From Octopus sinensis (Eukaryota), in the NCBI RefSeq assembly GCF_006345805.1, contig NC_043000.1, forward strand, positions 116,126,001-116,190,000: 64,000 bases of DNA, read 5' to 3'. Of the stretch, positions 40,721 through 54,690 are shown in pieces. Under the pieces are notes generated by a model. The model saw only the letters and a list, made by a program, of their open reading frames with translations, was not told the DNA's origin and did no database searches. Numbering within the stretch: the stretch's first letter is position 1; the number at the start of each line of letters is the position of its first letter. A program made the position numbers and the translations under genes.

Positions 40721-41675
40721 TGGTCAGACCGGAGAGCTAGGAGGAAGGTGAGATGATAAAGTAGTGTATGTGTGTATGTGAGAGTGTGTATGTGTCTGCG
40801 TATGGATTGGAGCTGGTGACATCACATGTTGATGTGTGCATGTGTGGGAGTGTGTATGATGGTGTGGGTGCTGGGAGTGGTCAGTGCTAGTGTGTGTGTG
40901 TGAGGTGGTGTAATGTGGTGTCGTGTGGCATGATATGGCGGTGTGGGATGATACGGGTCGGTGGTGTGTGGTGTGATGATATGTATATATATATGTGTGT
41001 GTGTATATATACATATATGTATAGATACATATATACACAGATACACACACTCACTCACACGTTCGTGTGTCCGTGTGTGTCAGTGCCCCAAGTTTCTTTC
41101 AGTATCCGTTTGCCAAATCCACACACAAGCATTCGATCGCTGCGAGGCTGCAGTAAAAGACACTTGCCCAAAGACGCCGCGCTGCGAGACAGAAGCCAAA
41201 ACAACATGGTTGACAAACAAGCGTCTTAACCGCACAGCCGCGCCTATCACATGTTCTATATTCTAAATCTTTACCAGACTAAATTTAATCATACCTCAAT
41301 TTTTAATAATTGAATTCAATATGTAATTCCACAATAATTACATCCTTTGTTTTCAACCCACATGAGATTCTAGGACATGTATGGACACTCCATTATGTTA
41401 TTACGTAATTAACTTACTACATAATTATCTAATCAATTGTAAACATACTTATTAGTTTTCAACTGTGTCTGCATTTGCAATGTTTGTTTTCAAAACGTAT
41501 ATACCGAAGTTTCTGGCCTATATATTCTTTAATTCCCAATTCATATTACTATAAATGTATAATCTGTCTGCAATCACCAGCACACATTTCATTTAATAGC
41601 TACTTGTTTCCACTTTCTCTACCTATGTATGTACCGTCATAGACTTGCACATGCACTTATATGTGTGCGTGTATA

Positions 41676-41724
<49 letters not shown>

Positions 41725-41774
41725 ACATGCATATGTATATATACACACTCCACACACACACACACACACACACC

Positions 41775-41816
<42 letters not shown>

Positions 41817-41817
<1 letters not shown>

Positions 41818-43025
41818 ATATGCTGCGTAAAATATTTCAGGACAGATTTATGTTTATCTAAAACAGGTACATGATAACGTTATTTATAAAAAGAATGCTA
41901 TGAGGATAAAAATAAACCTTCTTTTCTATGATGTTATTCAATAACAGTAGCAACAACTGTTTCTTTATGCGATTCAAACCATCTGCATGCTCGAATCAAG
42001 TGGTTCTGGTTCATTTTGGACATTATTCTGACTATGATAGCTTTCAAAATATCGTTGGTGTTATGGGCGTGTTCATTGACCTCTCTGAACAACACCCTGC
42101 AGCTAATAGTCCAATGGATTGAGATCTGGGAAATTAGGAGTCCAGATGCTGGGGGTTATGTGATCTTGAAATTTTTCAGACATCCATTCCTCTGTTCCTA
42201 GAGTCATAGGTGATAGCGCAGAGCCTTACTGAAACACATACGGCCTTCCATTGCATATACCGTCTATCCAGGGTTTAACAATTATTTCCAGGACCTCAAT
42301 TTAGGCGGCAGAGTTAACTCTGAGGCCTTGTGGAAAGAAGTAAGGAGGCATCACATGTCCTTCATTGCTGACAACGCCTAAACCCATGACAGTTGCGGGA
42401 AATTTTGTATTCATAACACTTGGAACATCAGAAGGGTCTGCACATTATCATCTGTCATTTCGGCTGTTCACTTTTTGATCTTGGTCGAAATTTTTCTCGT
42501 TTGAGAAAAAATCAAATCAAATCTTCTGCTGGATTTTTCAGTTTATTTAAGAACATTTTAGATCTGATGTAGTAAATTGCTTTTGTTTTTCTGACAAATT
42601 GACCTTTCCTCTGATATCTGATACCTTCGTGGACAACATTTCTCACTGTTCCTCCTGACACATGGAGATTATTTGCAATTGACCTTATGGACTTCCTGTT
42701 GAACTTGGTGGATAAATGCAAGTGTTCTAATGATTTCAGGGCGTTTATAATGCTTTTTTATGCTTCAATACTGGTGATACGTTTTCATCTTCAGTCTCCA
42801 ACTCTTTATAAACTTTGAAGATCTGGCAGCTTTTAAAAATCGAGATATTTCAAAATCTCTACGCTTAGCTACTTTATAACCACAATAACAGCATACCTCT
42901 TCATTTCTTGTGTAAGCTGCGTGTCTGCCATTATTATTTTCTCAAACAAAGATTATACAGAGTTAGCAAAAAATGCACCAATGAACCAAAAAACGTATGT
43001 CCTCAAATACTTTACTCACCCTGTA
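41817..43025 (-). mobile_element. Decayed Tc1/mariner transposon, DD37D (maT) family, with both TIRs
   Basis: RKSIRSIANNLHVSGGTVRNVVHE HTH; FFSNEKNF; YVFQ*GSA..(37 aa)..WTPNFPDLNPLDY; TIRs 41817-41843 and 42999-43025 match at 21/27, beginning TA. Confidence 0.85.
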
Positions 43026-43491
43026 TTCTATATATATATATATATACATACATACATACACGCATAAATATGCATATATACATATGTATGTATATATATA
43101 TATATATATATATATACCGCCTGCTGTGATATGGGACTGCGATGTTTGGTCGCACTGCCATTAGGCAGTGGGACTGAACATGAAACCATGTAGTTGTAAA
43201 GCGAACTTCTTAACCACACTTCTATGCCTGCTTCTTTTGCTAAGTTTTCTGTATAACCAAATTTCAACTAACATGAACACCAAGACTTTCATCTCTTTCT
43301 GCATCTTACAAATCTTCCTCTTCTTATTACAGTTCCGTACATTTAAGTTTTCTCTTATCTTTCCATTTTCTAGCTACTTCAATTCGCAAATATTTGCCGT
43401 GAATTTAAACTCAATTTCCACTTGAAAATTAAATGTAATTTCATGCCACTTGAGATACTTAAATTGCGGTGTGTATTGACTATATATACAC

Positions 43492-43633
<142 letters not shown>

Positions 43634-43636
43634 ATA

Positions 43637-43700
<64 letters not shown>

Positions 43701-44099
43701 ATGTATAAGAATAAAATCCACGGTATTCAATTTATTGCTTAGATACGTGCGTTGCCACAATATATGGTGCGTATGTATTTTTCAAGAATACAATAGCTGT
43801 CCCTTCGTTTTGGTATTTGGGTTGCATGATTTCCGATGTGAATTCGTGTGTAGAAACAAAGAATGGTTACATATTGTTAGAATCTATTTCACAGATGAGT
43901 TCAAAACCTGTGATTAGTGGAAAAGACACAACATAAATTTAGCTTTCATTTAATATTCTAAAATGAAAGACATACGTTTTCTCCTTGTGTGCAAAACGTC
44001 TATCTTCTCATTTCAACGATTGCAGTAATATGCAAATAGGCTGAACCACTTAAGTTTCATATGAATTTGTATGTAGTATATAATAGCACCGAGCTGCTT

Positions 44100-44386
44100 T
44101 TGCCTCTGAAGACTCATGGCTCAGTAGTTAGAGCGTCGGGCTTACAATCATTAGTTTGTGAGTTCGATTCTTAGACCGGGCTGTGTGTTGTGGTTGTGTT
44201 GCGTTCTTCAGTAAGATGTAGGAGTGGCTCTGTGGTAAGTAGTTTGCTTACGAATCACATGGTTCCGGTTTCAGTCCCACTGTGTGGCACCTTGGGCGAG
44301 ATTCTTCTGCTATAGCCTCGGGCAGACCAAAGCCTTGTGAGTAGATTTGGTAGACGGAAACTGAAAGACGCCCGTCCTGTGTATGT

Positions 44387-44443
<57 letters not shown>

Positions 44444-44930
44444 CTGTGTGCGTATGTGTGTGTATATGTTTGTGTGTCTGTGTTTCTCTCGCCATCAACA
44501 CCTGACAACCGATGCTGGTGTGTTTACGTCCCCGTAACTTAGCGGTTCGGCAAAAGTGACCGGTGGAATAAGTACTAGGCTTACAAAGAATTAGTCATGG
44601 GGTCGATTTGCTAGATCGACCAATGACCACAGTCAAATGACTGAAACAAATAAAAGTGTAAAAGAGCAAGACACTTTATTTCACGTCGTGATACTTAACT
44701 CAGCTGTAGAAATGAGTTGCGATGTCACTGGTGCCGATCTGTATCGGCCTTTCCGTTTTCCTTGGACAACATCGGTGGAGTGAGGTAGTGAGATGAGGCT
44801 GATATGCATGGGCAAGTGCTGGTCTTTCTTAAACAGCCTTACCCAGATTTGTGTCGATAGGGTAACCTTCTATGTGCAATCCCATGTTCATTCATGACCG
44901 AAGGAATGGTGGTCTTTTCTTTCTTTTTTT
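44100..44930 (+). mobile_element. SINE family A (third tail type) split by a nested SINE C
   Basis: Head catggctcagtagttagagc...gagttcgattc, resumes agcaagacactttatttcacg at about 44666; tail ...catgaccgaagg. Confidence 0.7.
44215..44665 (+). mobile_element. SINE family C nested in SINE A
   Basis: aggagtggctctgtggtaag...microsatellite...cagtcaaatgactgaaacaaataaaag. Confidence 0.85.
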
Positions 44931-46039
44931 ACTATTGCCTCTGAAATAAAGAAAATAATTTAACCGTTAGCTTATGAAGCTGAAAAAAACGCTTAACTCT
45001 GAGGCCCATGTTTTGGTGGGTGAGGAATGAATCAAAGATAGATAGGAGCCAAATGTTGTTCACGCCATCAGCATTTGCCGCCATGACAGTGGTATATCAG
45101 TTCTTTTATTAATATGATTCAAATCACGTATTGAAACAGACATCGCCTTCATAACTGATAGTTCACTACCTAAACCGCACATGACAGGCAACCGATAAAT
45201 TATTGATGCTTTATTGTTCTTCATGTGTCCAATATTCACAATTGTTTTACACGATTATATTTTTGAAAATCTAATATTGATATTTCATATTGACAAACTG
45301 CTATAATTTAATAGAACTATATCTGACTACCTGTAAAATGGCGCTTAAGTTATTGATCTATATCCCACAAAGAGAAGTCTATCCCGATGGAATTTGTTAA
45401 AAGATAACGCTGTATTCTGTATATTTAGATATATTTATACTGGCGAATTATTGTTTCTTCTACACGAATGCCCGGCTATAAGTTCAAGATTAATTTTATT
45501 TTTGCATCCGTAAAATGACAAGAGATCTTTAGCGAGATGAATAAAAGATTGAGATGAGCAAAAATTTATTAAGGACAATATCGACAAATGTGGAGTGAAA
45601 ATATGATTAGCTTCAACTGGGAATTTGAAAACTGACAAGTGTTGTCATCTTCCAGAAAACTTATCTTTTATGTGTGACCCTTGTGAGAATTATAAAGCAT
45701 TATCGATATGCAAAAATTATCAAACGATATATCTCCTAAAGGAGATTCTTGGGAAGTTAAAACATTCCCCTCCGTGAATCAATGTCTATGTTACAACCAG
45801 CATTTCAGTTCAATGATAAACTGGCAATATATCGAAGACAGTTGACAAATATAATGTTTAAACTTAACGTATTCACTACGGATCATAAACAGGGTAAAAA
45901 AAAGAAGTTATATTTCGATTAATCTGCAACACAATTATTTTTCGAGTAAAGAAGTGAGTTTAAGTTGTGAGGTTGATGCCTTCAAAATAGTTCGAAACGT
46001 AAAAGAATGGGGATTGTCTAAAGCAAGAAGCCATTAGCG

Positions 46040-46295
46040 GGTAGCAGTCTTTATTCTTTTCTACTCTAGAGGCACAAGGCACGGAATTTTGGGGGAATGA
46101 GCCAGTCGATTAGATCGACCACACTACGCAGCTGGTACTTAATTTATCGACCCCCGGGGGGATAAAAGCAAACTCGACCTCTACGGAATTTGAACTCAGA
46201 ACGTAAAGACAGGCGAAATACTGCTAAGTATTTCGTTCGGTTGCTAACGTTTCTTATTTCTTTAATGCCCAAATGGGGCTAAATATAGAGGGGAC
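46040..46295 (-). mobile_element. SINE family B: tail i, unit restarting at gaaacgttagc, tail ii
   Basis: Minus strand: ...gcattaaagaaataagaaacgttagc...gtgcctctagagtagaaaaag. Confidence 0.8.
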
Positions 46296-47739
46296 TAAAC
46301 GAAGGTACATTTAGACGATGAGCCAAAGACTTCAATCTAGTAAGAAGAAGAGAGCTCACCATGTTAATAATTTGATTCTGAACTGATTTCAGCAGGTTAA
46401 GACATCCAGAGGAGGCACCAGATGACAGTAATAATTAATGAAAAGCTGACTGGTGGCCTTATATACACACAAGATACTCTCAGTCTTAAGAAACCTGGTA
46501 GCATGGAAGACTGAGTCAATCTTTTTGGCAACTAACATAGCAATCACTCGAACAATTTTTTACAAGAGAGATGCTCCGTAAATGTCAATACGTTGAGACG
46601 GTTACCCATAGCTTCCGAGAGGATAAAATCGCGCTCATAGCAATTACAGTGTTTTTTCTTTAATTTTTATTCGCAATGTCTTCTCATTTTGTTTCGCTTG
46701 CTTCTCTAGATGTGAATTTTATAAAAATATCATTCTTTCTATTGACATTGATATTTTTTATTACAATTTCTTTCGTTTGAGTTCAGTTCTTCATAAACCG
46801 CTCATTTAAATCGGTTTTATGGTGTGAAAGTGTAAATATTGACAGTTGCATATGTTTGTACACATAAAATATTTATTCTCTCTTGTTTCGTTTCGTGCAG
46901 GATATATTTGTTATTTGTTTCAGTTCAATAATAGCATTATGAACATCTTCGAGTGATGAACCGGTTTAAACACACATGCAAACACATACGTACATACACT
47001 GATACACACATACAGACACACCTACACTTAAATAAATTACAGATACATATACACATACACACAGACAAACTCAACCCAAACGCAAAGATTTATACACACA
47101 CATATATATTATATATATATATATATATACATCTTTAGAGAGATAGAGAGAGAGTGAGAGAGATAGAAAGAAAGGAAGAGTATGTGTGCGTGTGCGGGTA
47201 TTGTATGTGTCTCGTGTGTGTGTGAATTATATATATATATATATATTATATATATATAGAGAGAGAGAGAGAGATGTAAAATTTATAACGTGCCTGATTG
47301 AAATTCAGGTTTCTGTTTGCTCCGAATAAAGTTAGGTTAATAAATTAATATTCAAATGTAAATTGGATACAGTAATTTCTTGAAATATATCTCATGCTCT
47401 GTTCCTAAGTGGCCAAATAAAATACAAATTTGTTTTTTACTGCTTCGTTTGCAAATAAGCTTAGTGATAGCTATGCACCTTTCCAATTGATACACATGGA
47501 AAGACACTGATGAAATTTAATTCTCTGAGAATGTACGTAATTTGTTTAATGTTATTCAGTAATACATCGCAATCTGATGGTTTCTGTTTTATATGTACAT
47601 TAAACTTAGCATAAATAGAAGAATATTAGGTGGTTGATAATGATCAGGGGTTTATCTTTTACCATATACATGCATAAATACATACACTCTCTGGTGTTAA
47701 ATCATCAACAAACCTTGGTCCTTAAGGTTTTATCTCTTA

Positions 47740-48122
47740 CTTGCTTCAGTCATTAGTTAGTGGCCATGCTGGGGTACCGCCGTGAAGTGTTTTAGCCGAA
47801 TGAATAGATTATTGTCCTTTTTAAGTCTAGTAGTTATTGTATCGAATCCTTTTACCGAACTGCTAAGTTACGGGGACGTAGAAAGACCAACACCGGTTAT
47901 CAAGCGGTGTTGGGAAGCAAAGAGAGATGCAAAGACGCACGCGCGCACACACATACGCACATACAAGAGGATTCTTTTAATTTCCGTCTACCAAATCCAC
48001 TCACAAGGCTTCGGCTTGCCCAAGGGTGTAGTGCAATAATCTTGTCCAAGTTGCTAAGCAGTGGGGTTGAACACGAAACCGTGTGATTGGGAAGTAAGAT
48101 TCCTGTCACACACCCACACCTG
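47740..48122 (-). mobile_element. SINE family C, diverged
   Basis: cttgcttcagtcattag...tttccgtctaccaaatccactcacaagg. Confidence 0.75.
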
Positions 48123-48221
48123 CGCCAAAGTGCCGTGGCATATAACAGGCCGAACTTATATTTAATATTTTTATTATTATTATATTTATCATATTTATTA
48201 TTATTTATTTATTTATTAAAG

Positions 48222-48398
48222 GAGCACCCCGTCGGTTATGACGATGAAGGTACCAGCTGATACGATCAACGGAACAGATGAATTGGAGCAACGTGAAATA
48301 AAGTGATTTGCTCAAGGACACAACGCGTCGCCGGGAATTGAACTCACGACCTTACGATCGTGAGCCGAATGCTCTAACCAATAAGCCCCGCGCCTTCA
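48222..48398 (-). mobile_element. SINE family A with internal deletion
   Basis: Tail gtcggttatgacgatgaagg joined directly to ggagcaacgtgaaataaagtg...ctctaaccaataagcc. Confidence 0.8.
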
Positions 48399-48839
48399 CA
48401 CACACAGACACACACAGACACACAGACAGACACACACACACAGACAGACACACACACACTCACAGGCACACATATATGTATATATGTATGTATTTGTGTA
48501 TCTGTGTTTGTCCCTCCATCATCGCTTCACCACCGATTTTGGTATATTTACGTCCCCGTTACGTAGCGGTTCGGCAAAAGATACAGGTAGAATAAATACT
48601 ACACTTACAAAGAAAAAGTCCTCGGATCGATTTGTTCGACCAAAGGCGGTGCTCTAGCATGGCCGCAGTCAAATAATTGAAACAAGTATAAGAATAAAAG
48701 GATGCATGCAGATATATGCTTTTTATTATTTGTTTTAACCACTTTTTTTGGTTCGTTACTTCAACAGCTCCTTTATATTATCCAGCGTATAATGATATCA
48801 CCAAGAAGAAACTCGTCCAGTTTCGGCCCCAATCCTTAC

Positions 48840-48887
48840 TGTTTTCGATGTGGTGGGGCCCCTACTTATGGAGGTGTCTTCAGCCAT
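48840..48887 (-). CDS. Candidate first coding exon (MAEDTSISRGPTTSKT)
   Basis: aacactATGG context and ACA|GTAAGG donor within a unique GC-balanced 73-codon open frame; speculative. Confidence 0.2.
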
Positions 48888-49819
48888 AGTGTTGAGTGCG
48901 TTTTCCCCCCTTTTTTCCTTGGGTGTTTGTTGTTTGGATTCTTCGATGCAGCGGCAAGAGATGTCAGCGGGTGAATGCTGACATTCGTTGACACTACATC
49001 GAAGTTCCTCTCCCTTATATTAAGTACCTCTTCTTTGTGTTAAGATGCGCTTAACACATACACAGTTATTTAGAGTCACATACGTTATTATCTAAGTCTC
49101 TGCTGATTCACCGGAAGCTTTAAATTATAGGGTAATAGAGTAATTTTTATAACATTATAACCGAATGGATCCGGTTTGCAGTGCTCGGGGTTTCTCGTTT
49201 CCGATCAGTAGGTAAACCAAGTTTGCTTTTCTTTTCAAGTATTATAACATGTTTCACTATAATTTTAAACCACCAAATTTACTCACAAAGAATTGGTCGG
49301 GCCTAGGGATATAGTAGAAGATTTAGCGAAGTGGGACTGAACCCTAAACCGACAACTTACAAAGCCAATCTCTTAAATGCAGAGCCATGCCTACGCCTAT
49401 ATCTATAAGAAGCTATTTGCATGTTTGCTTGGTTTAAGCGTACAATTTTACGTTCGTTCAGAATATAATGGAATAAAGTCTAAAGCGTCCGCAATAAGTT
49501 TTAATACACAAAAGCATAGGTCTGTACATGAACGAATATATTGCAGAATTAATGTAATATTTGAAAAGCTTCCAATATTATAAAATTTGAAGTATTTGTC
49601 CATGAAACATTCTTCTTTGGCCCTCCAAAACTATCGGGAAGCCGATTAAAAGCACAGGCATTGCTATGTGGTTAAGATATTTACTTTGCAACGACGTTAC
49701 TTCCGGTTCAGCAGCTTGGCCAAGTGACTTCTACTACAGCCCTGGATCGACCAATGCTCTGTTAGTAAAATTGGTTGACAGAAACTGGGTGGAAGCCCGC
49801 AGCGTACATGTTCTTTCTG

Positions 49820-50232
49820 TTATTCTTTTACTTGTTTCAGTCATTTGGCTACGACCATACTGGAGCAGTACCTTTAGTTGAACAAATCGACCCATTGTTT
49901 GTAAGCCTAGTACTTATTCTATCGGTCACTTTTTGCCGAACCGCTAGTTTACGGGAACGTAAACACACCGACATCGGTTACCAAGCGATGGTGGAGGGAG
50001 AAACACAGACACACACATACAAATATATATATGCAAATATACATACATATATGTATATATATATATATATATACGACAGGCTTCTTTTAGTTTCCGTCAA
50101 CCAATCCACTCACAAGGCTTTGGTTGGCCCAATTCTATAGTAGACAGTTGCCAAAGATGCCACGCAGTGGGACTGACTCGAGAACCTTGTGGTTGGGAAG
50201 CAAGCTTCATACCAGGCAGCCACTCCTGCGCC
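49820..50232 (-). mobile_element. SINE family C
   Basis: Tail, internal microsatellite, head. Confidence 0.85.
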
Positions 50233-50765
50233 TGCATGTATATATTTTGTACGTGTAAAACTGTAAAATACTGAAAATAACTGTACTTAAATTATGCATT
50301 CTCATAGTGAATGAAATTACACCAGGATCTACCTAAGGATTTATTTAATCAATCATCTGATAATAATGATAATAATTACAGAATATCTCAGCAATATACT
50401 ACGAGTGTGAAACACGTGTCGAAACAATTGTAAGGATTTTGAATAAAGTATGTCGTTCATTTCATTTCCTATCATTTATCTGTATGTGTATGTATAACGT
50501 CATCACTTGTATGTATACACCTCATGTCCCACACCAATCGCTTGACAACTAGTTTTGGTTTGTTTACGTCCCTAAAACTTAAGCTTTTACAAAAGTGACC
50601 CAAACTTAAAGAATACACTACTGTAGATTTGTTCGACTAAATCCTTTAAAGAGTGCTCCAGTATGGCTGCAGTCCAGTGAGTGAAACAAGTAAAGGGTAA
50701 AAGATTGAAATGCGTGGTTTCGACTGGTCATTGGTCTGAGGGAACTTAATACGCATACATTCTGG

Positions 50766-50907
<142 letters not shown>

Positions 50908-51054
50908 CCGGAGTAAACACATAAATGTGAAACAAGGTGGAAAAAAGAGTACTCAAATATCAGTGGTAAAGTAATATGCTTTATTTAAAGCAGCAGAAAA
51001 TTTAACAAAACCTGTAACAGGTTTTGTTGAATTTTCTGCTGCTTTAAATAAGTA
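50908..51054. mobile_element. About 150-bp hairpin element, inverted copy of 34769-34921
   Basis: ccggagtaaacacataaatgtgaaacaagg...aaaacctgtaacaggttttg...; (TA)n on both sides. Confidence 0.75.
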
Positions 51055-51067
51055 TTTATATATATAT

Positions 51068-51100
<33 letters not shown>

Positions 51101-51109
51101 ATATACCAC

Positions 51110-51141
<32 letters not shown>

Positions 51142-51234
51142 TATATATCTATATACATATATATATATATATAATATATACATATATATACATATATATA
51201 TATATACAATATAATATACATATATATATACATA

Positions 51235-51267
<33 letters not shown>

Positions 51268-51268
51268 A

Positions 51269-51303
<35 letters not shown>

Positions 51304-51306
<3 letters not shown>

Positions 51307-53389
51307 GAATGTTTTTAATATATTGAACGTGAAATACAGGAAGGGACGACACGGAACACAGACAACTCATTCGAAGCCTTCAATCTTCAGTCAGACACCG
51401 AATCATCATAGCAAATTTCGGCTGTTCAATTCTGATATTTGCTCCAACTCGGCCAGCCCCAAGAAAAAAAACTAAGCTGTAAGCATTAGATTTCTTGGTA
51501 GAAGACAGGAATGTGAACGCACAAGACGGATGTGAATACAAGAAGACGAAAACGAAATTGAAAACAGTAATGAAAAAACAAAACATATATAACGGTGGTT
51601 GTCATCCGACTTTAGACCAAATGAGACAAAACAACAACAACATAGCAGCTGGCGTAGAAATAATTACCGTTTCGGTAGCGGGGACACATGTTGGTCGAGA
51701 TACGAAGGCCAACAGAATGGTTGAAGAAGCAGCAGTCGCAGGAGAGAGAGAAAGAGAGACAGAGAGAGAGGGAATCAAAGAGGGTGGAAGGCAGGGGACA
51801 GAATCAGTGACCAAGAGAGGAGAAAGAAGGGAATAAGGAGGAGGGGAGGAAGAGAGGGGAAGAATCGGAGGGCGCCAAAAAGTTTGGTGAAGAAGCACTG
51901 GCGGGTAGTAAAAGACAGTGTGTATAGAAGTCGTGCAGGGTTTTAAAATTGGACAAACAAACGGGGGGGGGGGTGCACGTAACGCCGCAATAATATAAGA
52001 ATGAATGTTTTTATATATAATGAACGTGAAATACAGGAAGGGACGAACACGGAACCAGACAAATCATTCGAAGCCTTCAATCTTCAGTCAGACCGAATCA
52101 TCATAGCAATTTCGGCTGTTCAATTCTGATATTTGCTCCAACTCGGCCAGCCCCAAGAAAAAAAAACTAAGCTGTAAGCATTAGATTTCTTGGTAGAAGA
52201 CAGGAATGTGAACGCACAAGACGGATTTGAATACAAGAGACGAAAACGAAATTGAAAACAGTAATGAAAAAACAAAACATATATAACGGTGGTTGTCATA
52301 CGACTTTAGACCAAATGAGACAAACACAACACATAGCAGCTGGCGTAGAAATAATTACCGTTTCGGTAGCGGGGACACATGTTGGTCGAGATACGAAGGC
52401 CAACAGAATGGTTGGAAGAGCAGCAGGTCGCAGGAGAGAGAGAAAGAGAGAAAGAGAGAGGGAATCAAAGAGGGTGGAAGGCAGGGGACAGAATCAGTGA
52501 CCAAGAGAGGAGAAAGAAGGGATTAGGAGGATGGGAGGAAGAGAGGGGAAGAATCGGAGGGCGCCAAAAAGTTTGGTGAAGAAGCAATGGCGGGTAGTAA
52601 AAGACAGTGTGTATAGAAGTCGTGCAGGGTTTTAAAATTGGACAAACAAACGGGGGGGGGGGCACGTAACGCCGCATAATATAAGAATGAATGTTTTTAT
52701 ATATAATGAACGTGAAATACAGGAAGGGACGAACACGGAACACAGACAAATCATTCGAGCCTTCATCTTCAGTCAGACCCGAATCATCATAGCAAATTTC
52801 GGCTGTTCAATTCTGATATTTGCTCCACTCGGCCAGCCCCAAGAAAAAAAACTTTGCTGTAAGCATTAGATTTCTTGGTAGAAGACAGGAATGTGAACGC
52901 ACAAGACGGATGTGAATACAAGAGACGAAAACGAAATTGAAAACAGTAATGAAAAAACAAAACATATATAACGGTGGTTGTCATACGACTTTAGACCAAT
53001 GAACAAAACAACAACAACATAGCAGCTGGCGTAGAAATAATTACCGTTTCGGTAGCGGGGACACATGTTGGTCGAGATACGAAGGCCACAGAATGGTTGA
53101 AGAAGCAGCAGGTCGCAGGAGAGAGAGAAAGAGAGACAGAGAGAGAGGGAATCAAAGAGGGTGGAAGGCAGGGGACAGAATCAGTGACCAAAGAGGAGAA
53201 AGAAGGGATTAAGGAGGATGGGAGGAAGAGAGGGGAAGAATCGGAGGGCGCCAAAAAGTTTGGTGAAGAAGCAATGGCGGGTAGTAAAAGACAGTGTGTA
53301 TAGAAGTCGTGCAGGGTTTTAAAATTGGACAAACAAACGGGGGGGGGGTGCACGTAACGCCGCAATAATATAAGAATGAATGTTTTTAT

Positions 53390-53390
<1 letters not shown>
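51304..53390. repeat. Head-to-tail tandem triplication of an about 690-bp unit plus a short terminal repeat
   Basis: aatgaatgttttta at 51304, 52000, 52686 and 53375 (periods 696/686/689); copies differ mostly by 1-nt indels. Confidence 0.95.
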
Positions 53391-53431
<41 letters not shown>

Positions 53432-53469
53432 TATATATCAGTATATGTATGTATGTATATATATACATA

Positions 53470-53785
53470 TGTATCGTTCTGAGTTCAAATTACACCGACG
53501 TCGACTCTGCCTTTCATTTTTTTCGCGGTTGATAAATTAAGTACCAGTTGCACACTGGGGCCGATCTAATCGACTGGCCCCATATAATGACTTAAAATTT
53601 TGGCTCTGGAATTTGAAGCAAGGGGAAAATCGACCCAAGTGTTCAACTTGTGTTCATTTTATCAGCCCTGTGAGGGTAAATTGCAGAGTCGACTGCGCGG
53701 AATTTGAACGCAGAACATGTTGACGGACAAAACACCGTTAGCCATTTTGTCGGAGATGCTAACGATTCTGTCATTTCACCGCCAT
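53470..53785. mobile_element. Two diverged SINE B fragments in inverted orientation
   Basis: Plus-strand body 53470-53582 and minus-strand head/body 53620-53785. Confidence 0.65.
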
Positions 53786-54049
53786 GAATATCATAAATAC
53801 TAAAAGCGATTTTACATAGGAAACTGCTTGCTTTATGTCGTATAAATCTCATATATACTTCCATATTGCTGATATCTTATCTCTTATTATAAACCATTTA
53901 CATGATTTATAATAAGCGATAAAATATCAACAACATAAAAGCATGCATTAGACTGGATCGTAAATTTTATATTTTCCTTTAATGCACACCATATAACATG
54001 ATTACATTTATGGGTTAACTATGGAAATTCAGCATGTAATTTTCTCTTG

Positions 54050-54690
54050 TATTTTACTTGTTTCAGTCATTTGACTACAGCCATGCTATGGCATCGATTG
54101 AAAGAGTTTTGGTCGAAGGAATCGATCCCAGCGATTGCAGTTTTAAAACCTGGTGCTTATTCTATCCGTTAATTTTGCCGAACGGCTAGCTTACAGGGAC
54201 CTGAACAACTGACGCTGTTTGTGGAGCGGTGGTAGGGGAGAAAACGAACACACCTATATATATGTGTGTGTGTGTCTGCCTGTATGTGTGTGACTCTGTG
54301 TGTGTGTAGTTGAAAATTATAGAAAAACAAAATACGAAGAACAAGCAAGTGTATTAGTCTGACGCTCGGGAAAATGAAGACTTCTATGTTTCGAGCCTAC
54401 GCTCATCATCTGAAAGTAACAAGAGGTAATAAACCGAGAGAGAATGAACAAAGAAACATGTAGATGTTTAGAGGTCCAACGTGATTATTATATATATGTG
54501 TGTGTGTGTGTGTGTTTCATATCTCATACGTATACACTCGTATACACACACGAATACGATGGACTTCCAGTTTCTGGCTACGAAATGCATGCACGTGGCT
54601 TTAGTCTTTTAGTAGAAGACACTTGTCGAATGTTCCATGCAGTGGGACTGAACTCGAAACCTTGTGGTTAGGAAGTAAACTTGGTACCTC
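54050..54690 (-). mobile_element. Old SINE C whose internal microsatellite hosts a PLE-like remnant (54308-54485)
   Basis: Tail 54050-54245; insert carries CTTT CAGATGA T GAGC GTAG GCTC GAAAC ATA GAAG on the minus strand (54381-54416); head 54555-54690. Confidence 0.7.

Noticed and set aside
48702-48974. Plus-strand ORF with YCFRCGG (gag-like knuckle) and alternative-frame APLYYPAYNDITKK...WWGPY
   Set aside because: The spacing does not fit CX2CX4HX4C, there is no good donor, and there is no flanking LTR or pol.
51380-53365. ORFs within the tandem triplication
   Set aside because: The frames differ between copies, are low-complexity and have no recognisable domain.
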